A stretch of 41,408 nt of DNA, from UHGV virus genome UHGV-1354657. One strand, given 5' to 3'. A model generated the notes under the pieces. That model was not told the origin of the DNA, made no database searches, and was given only the letters and a program-made list of their open reading frames with translations. The stretch comes from a virus. Position 1 is the first letter of the stretch, and each line of letters starts with the position of its first letter. A program made the translations under genes and the position numbers. Below are positions 33,768 to 41,408 of the stretch, piece after piece.

Positions 33768-35768
33768 GTGAGAGAGCAAGAAAATGGAGTTTTCGAGTTG
33801 GAATTTACTATCTACGAAAACTCTTTTTTATTTAAAGAAATAAAAACTGATAGATTAGTAAAAGCTGACGCATCTCCAAATTTTAAAGGGCAACTTTTTA
33901 GAATTTATTATATATCAAAAAATTTAGGTGGATATATTAATGTAAAAGCACAGCATGTTAAATATGATTTGCTTAATAATTTCATAGAAAGCTTAGAATT
34001 GAATGATATTACTTGTGAAGAAGCTTTAGAAAGAGTCTTTCGTGCTTGCGAGGAACAGAATAGATTTAGAGGGCATTCAGATATCAAGGCAAGGAATACT
34101 ATTAATATTGAAATGCAAAGCCCTTACAGCGCAATCTGTGAGGGCGAAAATTCTCTAATTCAAAAATTTGAACCAACTGCAAAACTTTTCTTTGATAATT
34201 TCGACGCTTATTTAAATTATCAAAGAGGAGAAAGTAAAAATGTATTACTTGCATATAGAAAAAATATAACAGGGCTTGAAGCGGAATATGATACACAAGA
34301 TATTGTAACTAAAATATATCCTTTTGCAACTTACGAGGATGAAATGATTACATTAACAGAAAAATACATTGTTAGTCCTAATCTGAATAAATATGCTACT
34401 CAAAAGATTGTTGCTATAGATTTTAGTTCTGATGAGGTCAGCGTTGAAGAAGAACTAAGAGAAAAATGCAAAGATTATTTTAAATACAATCAAGTTGATT
34501 TACCAAAAGTTTTATATAAAGTCAACTTTGTAGATTTGTCTACAACTGTAAATTATAAAGATTATAAGATGCTAGAAACAGTCAATCTAGGCGATGAAGT
34601 AATAATACGAGATTTTAATTTAAACATCAATGCAACTGCTAGAGTAGTTAAAACAGACTATAGCCCAATAAATAAAAAATACTATAGTATTGAAGTTGGC
34701 GATTTAATAAATCATTTAGACTTTTTAAACAACAAGTTTAATAATATAGAAAATAAAATAGATACAGTAAAAAAAGCTATTGATAATGTCAAAGTAGACG
34801 ATTCAGAGTTTCCAAACACTTTGCCAGAAGTACCGATTTTGACAGCAGAGGGGTTATTCGCTTTTATTAATCTGACATGGACATTCACAAATAAGTCTTA
34901 TTACAAATATGAAGTTTATGCGTCTCAAATTAAAGACTTTGTACCAGATACGACTAATTTTACAAATCGAATTTTTGCAGGGCAGGCAAGTGCTTACGTT
35001 CACCAAGCTGAACCTTTTCAAACTTGGTATTTTAGAGTAAGAGCAGTAAACTCACATGGAAATGTTACAGAGTTTTCTAATCAAGTAGAAGCACAGACTA
35101 CAAAAATGTCGGATGGAGCTACATGGATACAAGAGGGAGCAATCGCGGATGCTCTTATTGGGCAACTAAAACTTGACAGAGGTTGGTTTGGACAGTTAAA
35201 AGGTTCATATATAAATGCGAGAGAATTGGTGGTTGAAAATGATAACGGAGTTAAAACAATGGAAGTAGATAGCTTTGGAGATGTTCATTTCAACCCAAAC
35301 ACTTTTAAAGTTTCTTTCAATGAAATAAGCCCTCATGTTCTTATTGATGATGAGGGATTGAAACTTATAAGCGGGAAGGGATTTACAAGAATGACCGAAT
35401 CGGGGCTATATACAAAATTTTATACTGGTTCAGATGTAACGGAGTCGTGGTATTTGCAAGAAAGTGGATACACATACTTTGACTATAAAGATTCAAAAAT
35501 CATAATAGACTTACCAAAAAAATTTGCAGGTAAAAATTTTAAAGCAACTTGTGCGATAAGGTCTACATCGACGAATGCCAGTTGCTTAAGTTATTTCAGC
35601 ACATCGGCGACAGTAAAAAAAAGTGATACAAATCCACAATTAGAGCTTTCTGCATCTGTGCGAGGCGTGTCTTACGAAATGTCAGGAAGCCAGACAATAG
35701 GCTACTGGCTCGGAATGAATTTTTTTTCAGAAGGATTTATTACAGTACAATACTATGTTTACGCTTAA
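33768..35768 (+). CDS. Tail-associated protein (Tal / prophage tail endopeptidase-like) with an FN3 domain
   Basis: Position. FN3-like segment LTWTFTNKSYYKYEVYAS...WYFRVRAVNSHGNVTEFS. GTG at 33768 lacks an RBS. The frame is open back to 33648 behind the strong RBS GGAGGGAGGGA. Confidence 0.6.
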   Translation: MREQENGVFELEFTIYENSFLFKEIKTDRLVKADASPNFKGQLFRIYYISKNLGGYINVKAQHVKYDLLNNFIESLELNDITCEEALERVFRACEEQNRFRGHSDIKARNTINIEMQSPYSAICEGENSLIQKFEPTAKLFFDNFDAYLNYQRGESKNVLLAYRKNITGLEAEYDTQDIVTKIYPFATYEDEMITLTEKYIVSPNLNKYATQKIVAIDFSSDEVSVEEELREKCKDYFKYNQVDLPKVLYKVNFVDLSTTVNYKDYKMLETVNLGDEVIIRDFNLNINATARVVKTDYSPINKKYYSIEVGDLINHLDFLNNKFNNIENKIDTVKKAIDNVKVDDSEFPNTLPEVPILTAEGLFAFINLTWTFTNKSYYKYEVYASQIKDFVPDTTNFTNRIFAGQASAYVHQAEPFQTWYFRVRAVNSHGNVTEFSNQVEAQTTKMSDGATWIQEGAIADALIGQLKLDRGWFGQLKGSYINARELVVENDNGVKTMEVDSFGDVHFNPNTFKVSFNEISPHVLIDDEGLKLISGKGFTRMTESGLYTKFYTGSDVTESWYLQESGYTYFDYKDSKIIIDLPKKFAGKNFKATCAIRSTSTNASCLSYFSTSATVKKSDTNPQLELSASVRGVSYEMSGSQTIGYWLGMNFFSEGFITVQYYVYA

Positions 35769-35792
35769 AATTTTCAAAAAAGGAGAAGAAGT

Positions 35793-36035
35793 ATGGTTAC
35801 TATTTTTTACAGTAAGAGAACTGGAGAAATATATAATTGCATAAAATCAGAGGTAGAGCAGGATTATACTTGTTTTGCAGATAGGGAAGAGGATTATAGA
35901 CAAATATTAGATAAAATAGTTGTTGAGGATATTCCAGAAATTTTAAATCCTCGTGATTATAAAATTGAAAACGGAAAATTTGTATTAAAGGAAAAAGAAA
36001 TAATAAAAGAATTTACTCCGAAAATGGTAGAGTAA
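35793..36035 (+). CDS. Small hypothetical tail-associated protein
   Basis: RBS AAAAGGAGAAG. Confidence 0.5.
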   Translation: MVTIFYSKRTGEIYNCIKSEVEQDYTCFADREEDYRQILDKIVVEDIPEILNPRDYKIENGKFVLKEKEIIKEFTPKMVE

Positions 36036-36049
36036 AAGGAGTGATAAAT

Positions 36050-38518
36050 TTGAGAGATAGAATTTATACAGTAGATATTAATACTAAAAGTTATCAAGTT
36101 GCAAAATATAAGCAATATGATAATGGGATAGAGTTTAAGATTAATTTATTAGAAAATAATATAGAAAAAGATTTAACAGGATATACAGCTATAGCAAATT
36201 TTCAAAGACCAGATAGGAAAATAGTTTATCAGAGCTGTACTATAGAAAATTCTATTGTAACAACTCTGATAGAAAATAACATAACAGCAGTTGCGGGGGA
36301 TGTAATAGTAGAGTTTACTTTCTACAAAGATGATTTAGTTGTTACTACTTTTTCTTTAAAGATTAATATAGAGAAAAGTATAGATAAAAACAGTATTACA
36401 GAAGAGCCGAAATGGGATTATATCAGCGTTACAATAAATCAAGTAAAAGAAGTCGTCGAAGGCATAGAAGAAATAAAAGAAACAGAAGAAGCAAGAAAAG
36501 AGGCTGAGATTGAAAGGGTCAAGGAGTTTAATAGTATTAAAGAAACTTTCGACTCTAAAGTTACAGAAGTTACGGACGCTAAAAATACTATGATTAGTGA
36601 CGTTAATACTACTAAAGATACTTTAACAAGCGAAGTTACAGATGCCAAAACAGACTTAATTAGTGTAGTTACTACAGCTAAAGAAAATATGATTAATGAA
36701 GTAAGTGCAGTTAAAACAGAACTTGAAACAGCAGAAGCTGAAAGGGTCGAAGAATTTAATAGTATAAAAGAAACTTTTGACTCTAAAGTTACAGAAGTCA
36801 CAGACGCTAAAAATACTATGATTAGTGACGTTAATACTACTAAAGATACTTTAACAAGCGAAGTTACAGATGCCAAAACAGACTTAATTAGTGTAGTTAC
36901 TACAGCTAAAGAAAATATGATTAATGAAGTAAGTGCAGTTAAAACAGAACTTGAAACAGCAGAAGCTGAAAGGGTCGAAGAATTTAATAGTATAAAAGAA
37001 ACTTTTGACTCTAAAGTTACAGAAGTCACAGACGCTAAAGAAAACATGATTAGTGACGTTAATACTACTAAAGATACTTTAATAGACGAAGTTAACACAG
37101 TTAAAACAGAAGTTATAACAGCTAAAAATAATATGATTAGTGAAGTAACAACAGCAAAAGAAACTATGCAGACAGAAGTTACAGACGCTATTAATGCAAT
37201 CCCCGCAAAAGAAGAATTAAAAGGGGTTGGAATAGAAATAAAAGGAAGTTTAGATAATATATCAGCACTTCCAACTAATCCGACTTTAAGTGATGCTTAC
37301 TTTGTAAAAAGTGCTACAATAGAAAATCAAATTGATTTGTATGTGTGGGATAATACCAGTTGGATTAAAGTTCCTGATATAAAAATCAAAGGTGAAAATG
37401 GGGATAATTTAGAGTTTAATTGGAATAGTACACAGCTAGGTGTTAGGGTAGAAGGTCAAACAGATTATAGCTATGTTGACCTAAAAGGTCAAAAAGGTGA
37501 TAAAGGGGATAGTATAGAATTTATTTGGAATAACACGGAGTTAGGTGTTAAAACAGAAGGTCAAGAAAATTATAGTTATACAGAATTGAAAGGGGAGCAG
37601 GGCTATACTCCAATAATCGGCGAAAACGGTAATTGGTGGATTAATAATATAGATACCAAAAAACCAGCTAGAGGGGCATCTTTGAGGATTTTAGGAAAAT
37701 TAGATTCTATAGATAATTTACCATTAGACCCTACTATCGGAGATTGCTGGATTATAGGGAGAAATATTTATATATATCAAACTAAATGGGAAGACTTAGG
37801 TTCTCTAGCGGGCGTGGACGGCAAGAACTTAGAATTTAATTGGGATGGCACGCAGTTAGGCGTTAGGCAACAATACGAATTAGATTATAAGTATATAGAC
37901 CTCAAAGGGGACAATATAGAATTTAATTGGAATGGTACAGAGTTAGGCGTTAAAATAGAAGGTCAAACAGAATATGTATATACCGATTTAAAAGGTCAAA
38001 AAGGTGATAGTTTTGAATTTAATTGGAATGGGACGCAACTAGGTGTTAGAGTAGAAGGTCAAGAGGACTATACTTATGTAAATTTAAAAGGAGCAACAGG
38101 AAATAAGCTGGAATTTAGCTGGAATGGAAGCCAGCTAGGTATTAGAGAAGAAGGACAGACAGAGTATGTATATACAGAATTAAGAGGGGAACAGGGTTAT
38201 ACTCCGATTATTGGAGAAAATGGCAACTGGTGGATAAATAACGAGGATACGGGAAAAGCATCTAAGGGTAAAGTTACTTGGAATGAGTTATTAGAAAAAC
38301 CAAAAGAGTTAGATTATACCAAAAAAACTACAACATTTAATCCGGATGGTTCTATAACAGATATTTTAGACTCAGCCAACAAGACTATAACTAAGTTTAA
38401 TCCGGATGGAACTATAGTAGACGAAAAATATATAGATAATGTATTAGTAAGTAAAGTAAAAACAAGTTTTAAGGGTAATCAGATAGAAGAAGTAAAAGAA
38501 GAAATAGAGGTGAGTTGA
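36050..38518 (+). CDS. BppU-like baseplate/tail fibre protein with a coiled-coil repeat stalk and C-terminal beta-repeat modules
   Basis: N-terminal RIYTVDINTKSY...GIEFKINLLENN (BppU_N-like). Three 76-aa tandem repeats. Six LEFNWNGTQLGVRVEGQxDYxY modules. TTG at 36050 sits 8 nt after GGAG (the track's GTG at 36041 abuts the RBS). Confidence 0.7.
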   Translation: MRDRIYTVDINTKSYQVAKYKQYDNGIEFKINLLENNIEKDLTGYTAIANFQRPDRKIVYQSCTIENSIVTTLIENNITAVAGDVIVEFTFYKDDLVVTTFSLKINIEKSIDKNSITEEPKWDYISVTINQVKEVVEGIEEIKETEEARKEAEIERVKEFNSIKETFDSKVTEVTDAKNTMISDVNTTKDTLTSEVTDAKTDLISVVTTAKENMINEVSAVKTELETAEAERVEEFNSIKETFDSKVTEVTDAKNTMISDVNTTKDTLTSEVTDAKTDLISVVTTAKENMINEVSAVKTELETAEAERVEEFNSIKETFDSKVTEVTDAKENMISDVNTTKDTLIDEVNTVKTEVITAKNNMISEVTTAKETMQTEVTDAINAIPAKEELKGVGIEIKGSLDNISALPTNPTLSDAYFVKSATIENQIDLYVWDNTSWIKVPDIKIKGENGDNLEFNWNSTQLGVRVEGQTDYSYVDLKGQKGDKGDSIEFIWNNTELGVKTEGQENYSYTELKGEQGYTPIIGENGNWWINNIDTKKPARGASLRILGKLDSIDNLPLDPTIGDCWIIGRNIYIYQTKWEDLGSLAGVDGKNLEFNWDGTQLGVRQQYELDYKYIDLKGDNIEFNWNGTELGVKIEGQTEYVYTDLKGQKGDSFEFNWNGTQLGVRVEGQEDYTYVNLKGATGNKLEFSWNGSQLGIREEGQTEYVYTELRGEQGYTPIIGENGNWWINNEDTGKASKGKVTWNELLEKPKELDYTKKTTTFNPDGSITDILDSANKTITKFNPDGTIVDEKYIDNVLVSKVKTSFKGNQIEEVKEEIEVS
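36503..37105 (+). repeat. Near-perfect 228-bp tandem repeats (2.6 copies) inside the BppU-like gene
   Basis: Copies start at 36503, 36737 and 36965; copies 2 and 3 are virtually identical. Confidence 0.85.
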
Positions 38519-40404
38519 TGAGTTGGGCAGAAACATATAAAGTAAATAGCGACTTGCAAGGCGAGCCACTAAATTTTTTAAATTATTTACAAGATATAAA
38601 GCTAAATGGACTAGATAGTTATGTGCTTTTTGTTGGAAATGCTAGGATTTGGGAAGAATTATATTTAAATAGTTTATACTTGTTTTCTAATAAGGGTATA
38701 AGAGATACAGTTTATACAGCCTTTTCAGAAACTGATATTGATAATTTATTTAACAAAAGCACAAAGTTAGGAGAGCAATTAAATGCTTTTTATAGAACAA
38801 ATGTATACAGCTTAGGAAATGCGGATAGCGTAGTAAAAGAAATGACTATAGAGCATTATAATTCGCTAGAGCAAAAATTTAAAGATGGTTATGACAGATA
38901 TGTTACTAGAGAACAAGAAAAAGCAACTATAGGAGTATGGTTTAATTCCACTTTTAATTTAAATAATACAGATTTAGAGAGTCTTGCAACGATAGATGAT
39001 ATATTAGCAAATACGGAAGCTACTAACGCAATACTTAATAATAGTAATGCAATAGTAGCTTTAACTATGTGTAAATCTAGCATGGACGCAGTTGTAGCAA
39101 GTTCAAACGCTATGGATTTGCTAGGACAATACATTTTAAAAGTTACAACAGAACCAGCAGTTATAAGAGCGATTTTAGAAAATAATGTAATTAGAGAAGC
39201 TATAATAAATAGCACTGAAGCAATGACACAAATTGCTATTAATGCAGATTCAATAATAGAGATTTTAAAAAATTTAGAAGCAGTAAAACTATTGCAGGGC
39301 AACAGTCAAACATTAGAAATCATATTAACAAATGAGGATATAGCAAAAGAAATTTTTTCTAAAATTATATCGTTAAAAACATTAATAAGCACAATAAACT
39401 CTTGCACAATAGCAATAGGAAACAATATTGAGTCAGCAAAGAATACAATAAACTCTATTACTTATAAAAATCAAACATTTCCATTTTTATCAGAGATAAA
39501 AGAAAATTATGAGGAAATGGAAAATATTAAAAACTTAACTGTGGAAAATGTTCCATATACTCTCGATATTATAAATAACATTATAAATAATTTATCAATA
39601 ATGAGAGTAATTACACAAAATACATTGTGTATAAATTCTATTATAAGTAACTCGCACGCAATGAACGCAGTTGCAAATAGTGCTAATGCGGTAATGGCAT
39701 TTTGTGAAAATTTAGCAGGATTAAAAGCGATATTTAATAATACTACAGCTAGAAATGCAATATTAAATAGCTCTACAGCTATGCCTGTAATAGTAAATGA
39801 CGCTAGAGCTATAAGTATGTTAGTAAATAATAATACATACTTTAACGCAATATCAAATAACTCTACAGCTATGACTTATGTTGTTAATAGTTCTACAGCT
39901 ATGACTTATGTTGCTGATAGTTCTACAGCTATGAGTTGTATTGTTAATACTCCATCAGCAATAAACAAAGTTATAAATAGTTCAGTCGCAATGGGAAAAG
40001 TTGCAACTACTGGAAGAGCCTTAAGGGAAATGTGCAAAGTAGAATCAGTATCCGTTGCTATAGCTGAAAAAATGCAAACTTATCACAGAACGTCAGTTGT
40101 TTCTGCATTAAATAATTCATCTTTGTTCAGTAAAACAACTGTAAATGTAGGAAATGGTAGTGGAACTGTTAACGACGGACTTAACACAAACACTATTTAT
40201 ATTCCTATGAGTTGTTATGACGATGGAGACACAAGTTTTACAGCTTATTATGGTTGTAAAGATTCTCTTGTAGTAGTTCCAGAAATAGCAAAACATAAAG
40301 GGAATGTGACAATAACAAGCGGAGTATCATTCAGAGGTGTTAGAGTAACAGGTTCGGGTTCTTCGGTTGGATATATAACTTTTGATAAATATACAGCATT
40401 ATAA
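38515..40404 (+). CDS. Tail fibre / receptor-binding protein candidate with helical A/N/S-rich repeats
   Basis: Position after BppU. Repeats NSSTAMTYVVNSSTAMTYVADSSTAMSCIVNT. Beta-rich C-terminal head. A terminator follows. Confidence 0.55.
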   Translation: MMSWAETYKVNSDLQGEPLNFLNYLQDIKLNGLDSYVLFVGNARIWEELYLNSLYLFSNKGIRDTVYTAFSETDIDNLFNKSTKLGEQLNAFYRTNVYSLGNADSVVKEMTIEHYNSLEQKFKDGYDRYVTREQEKATIGVWFNSTFNLNNTDLESLATIDDILANTEATNAILNNSNAIVALTMCKSSMDAVVASSNAMDLLGQYILKVTTEPAVIRAILENNVIREAIINSTEAMTQIAINADSIIEILKNLEAVKLLQGNSQTLEIILTNEDIAKEIFSKIISLKTLISTINSCTIAIGNNIESAKNTINSITYKNQTFPFLSEIKENYEEMENIKNLTVENVPYTLDIINNIINNLSIMRVITQNTLCINSIISNSHAMNAVANSANAVMAFCENLAGLKAIFNNTTARNAILNSSTAMPVIVNDARAISMLVNNNTYFNAISNNSTAMTYVVNSSTAMTYVADSSTAMSCIVNTPSAINKVINSSVAMGKVATTGRALREMCKVESVSVAIAEKMQTYHRTSVVSALNNSSLFSKTTVNVGNGSGTVNDGLNTNTIYIPMSCYDDGDTSFTAYYGCKDSLVVVPEIAKHKGNVTITSGVSFRGVRVTGSGSSVGYITFDKYTAL

Positions 40405-40432
40405 GATTAGATTAATAGTCTAATCTTTTTTT
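40405..40432 (+). terminator. Rho-independent terminator after the tail module
   Basis: GATTAGAttaataTCTAATC followed by TTTTTTT. Confidence 0.75.
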
Positions 40433-40469
40433 ATATAAAAAATAAATAATCAAAATTAGGAGGAAAGTT

Positions 40470-40733
40470 ATGGAAGAATTAATAACACAACTAAGTGGAC
40501 TAGGAGCAGTAGGGATATTATGCGCTTTGCTGTTCAAAAACACTATGCAAGAGAAAAAAGAAGATAGGGACATGTATAAAAAGACAGTAGAAAATTTCAT
40601 AGAACTATCTACACAGCAACAAGAGATAAATAAGAATATACTCGTTGAAATGGGAGCAATGAAAACAGATGTAGAAGAAATCAAAGAAGATGTAACAGAC
40701 ATAAAAGACATGTTACAGAAAGAAGGTCTTTAA
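40470..40733 (+). CDS. Holin (BhlA/UviB-like: one N-terminal TM plus a C-terminal coiled coil)
   Basis: LSGLGAVGILCALLF TM helix; RBS AGGAGGAAAG; directly upstream of the amidase. Confidence 0.65.
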   Translation: MEELITQLSGLGAVGILCALLFKNTMQEKKEDRDMYKKTVENFIELSTQQQEINKNILVEMGAMKTDVEEIKEDVTDIKDMLQKEGL

Positions 40734-41408
40734 ATGAGAGTAGCAGTAATAGCAGGTCATACACTAGCAGGAAAAGGAACAGGTGCAGTAGGTTATATAA
40801 ATGAAGGAAAAGAAAATAGGATACTAATGGATTTAGTTGTCAAGTGGCTTAAAAAAGGTGGTGCTACTGTATATACCGGAAAAGTAGATAAATCTAATAA
40901 CTATTTAGCAGAGCAATGTCAAATAGCCAATAAGCAAAATGTAGACTTAGCAGTACAAATACATTTCAACGCAAATAAAACAACTCTAAATCCGATGGGT
41001 ACAGAGACAATATACAAAACTAATAATGGGAAAGTATATGCTGAAAGAGTCAACGAGAAACTAGCAACAGTATTTAAAAATAGAGGTGCAAAATCGGATG
41101 TAAGAGGGCTTTATTGGCTTAGTCATACAAAAGCTCCTGCAATATTAATTGAAGTGTGTTTCGTAGATAGTAAAGCAGATACAGACTATTATATTAGGCA
41201 TAAAGACATAGTTGCTAAATTAATAGCAGAGGGTATTTTAAATAAAAATATAGAGAATAAAGAGGATAAGAAAATGTATAAACATACAATAGTTTATGAT
41301 GGAGAAGTTGACAAAATCCCTGCAACTGTTGTTGGATGGGGTTATAATGATGGGAAAATATTAATATGTGATATAAAAGATTATGTACCTGGCCAGACGG
41401 AAAATTTA
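40734..41408 (+). CDS. Endolysin, N-acetylmuramoyl-L-alanine amidase (Amidase_3), C-terminally truncated by the window edge
   Basis: MRVAVIAGHT...QIHFNAN...APAILIEVCFVDS pattern of the CwlA/Amidase_3 family. Confidence 0.8.
   Translation, partial: MRVAVIAGHTLAGKGTGAVGYINEGKENRILMDLVVKWLKKGGATVYTGKVDKSNNYLAEQCQIANKQNVDLAVQIHFNANKTTLNPMGTETIYKTNNGKVYAERVNEKLATVFKNRGAKSDVRGLYWLSHTKAPAILIEVCFVDSKADTDYYIRHKDIVAKLIAEGILNKNIENKEDKKMYKHTIVYDGEVDKIPATVVGWGYNDGKILICDIKDYVPGQTENL

Larger units (their letters stand above)
1..41408. mobile_element. Temperate siphovirus-type phage / putative phage-plasmid genome segment, truncated at the right end inside the endolysin gene
   Basis: Canonical module order: lysogeny control, early genes with SSB, terS/terL, portal, MuF, scaffold, capsid, tail tube, tape measure, Dit/Tal, fibres, holin, amidase. 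parA/parG-like partition genes and a helicase gene replace a classical large integrase. Confidence 0.85.

Noticed and set aside
40412-40711. 99-aa minus-strand ORF
   Set aside because: Antisense to the holin gene, Ser/Cys-rich low-complexity translation, and no RBS.

Overview
This window is AT-rich, Firmicutes/Clostridia-like DNA and almost all of it is one temperate siphovirus-type phage, read left to right. An accessory/maintenance region (1-9800) carries a ParA ATPase plus an RHH ParG-like protein with parS-like ACAATAT repeat arrays, several small-peptide and RNA modules, a large SF2-helicase gene with a structured leader, a lipoprotein, and a cI-like XRE repressor divergent from the early operon. 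The early region (9900-14340) has small Zn-ribbon proteins, SSB and a sigma-70 region-4-like late activator. A small FimB/FimE-like tyrosine recombinase and a small serine recombinase sit immediately upstream of terS/terL. Head morphogenesis runs SPP1-like (portal, MuF, scaffold GP20-like, major capsid), followed by the tail: major tail with an Ig-like domain, G/T chaperones, a 1767-aa tape measure, Dit, Tal, a BppU-like fibre with perfect 228-bp tandem repeats, and a second fibre/RBP candidate. Lysis genes close the window (BhlA/UviB-type holin and a partial Amidase_3 endolysin). Partition genes together with a helicase suggest a phage-plasmid lifestyle rather than classical integration. The most unusual content is the 4.2-5.9 kb stretch. 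It holds an operon of two tiny membrane peptides translationally coupled to an AbrB/SpoVT-fold protein. It also holds two paralogous promoter-plus-terminator sRNA units, one of them antisense to a 50-aa type I toxin-like peptide gene. The same stretch contains a predicted countertranscript/attenuator leader upstream of the helicase gene. Other oddities: an AP2/HNH-like gene broken by a single in-frame TGA, a DUF4236-like moron with its own promoter and terminator inserted between the tail chaperones and the tape measure, a mini HEXXH protein after MuF, and inverted repeats flanking one early gene near the FimB-like recombinase.
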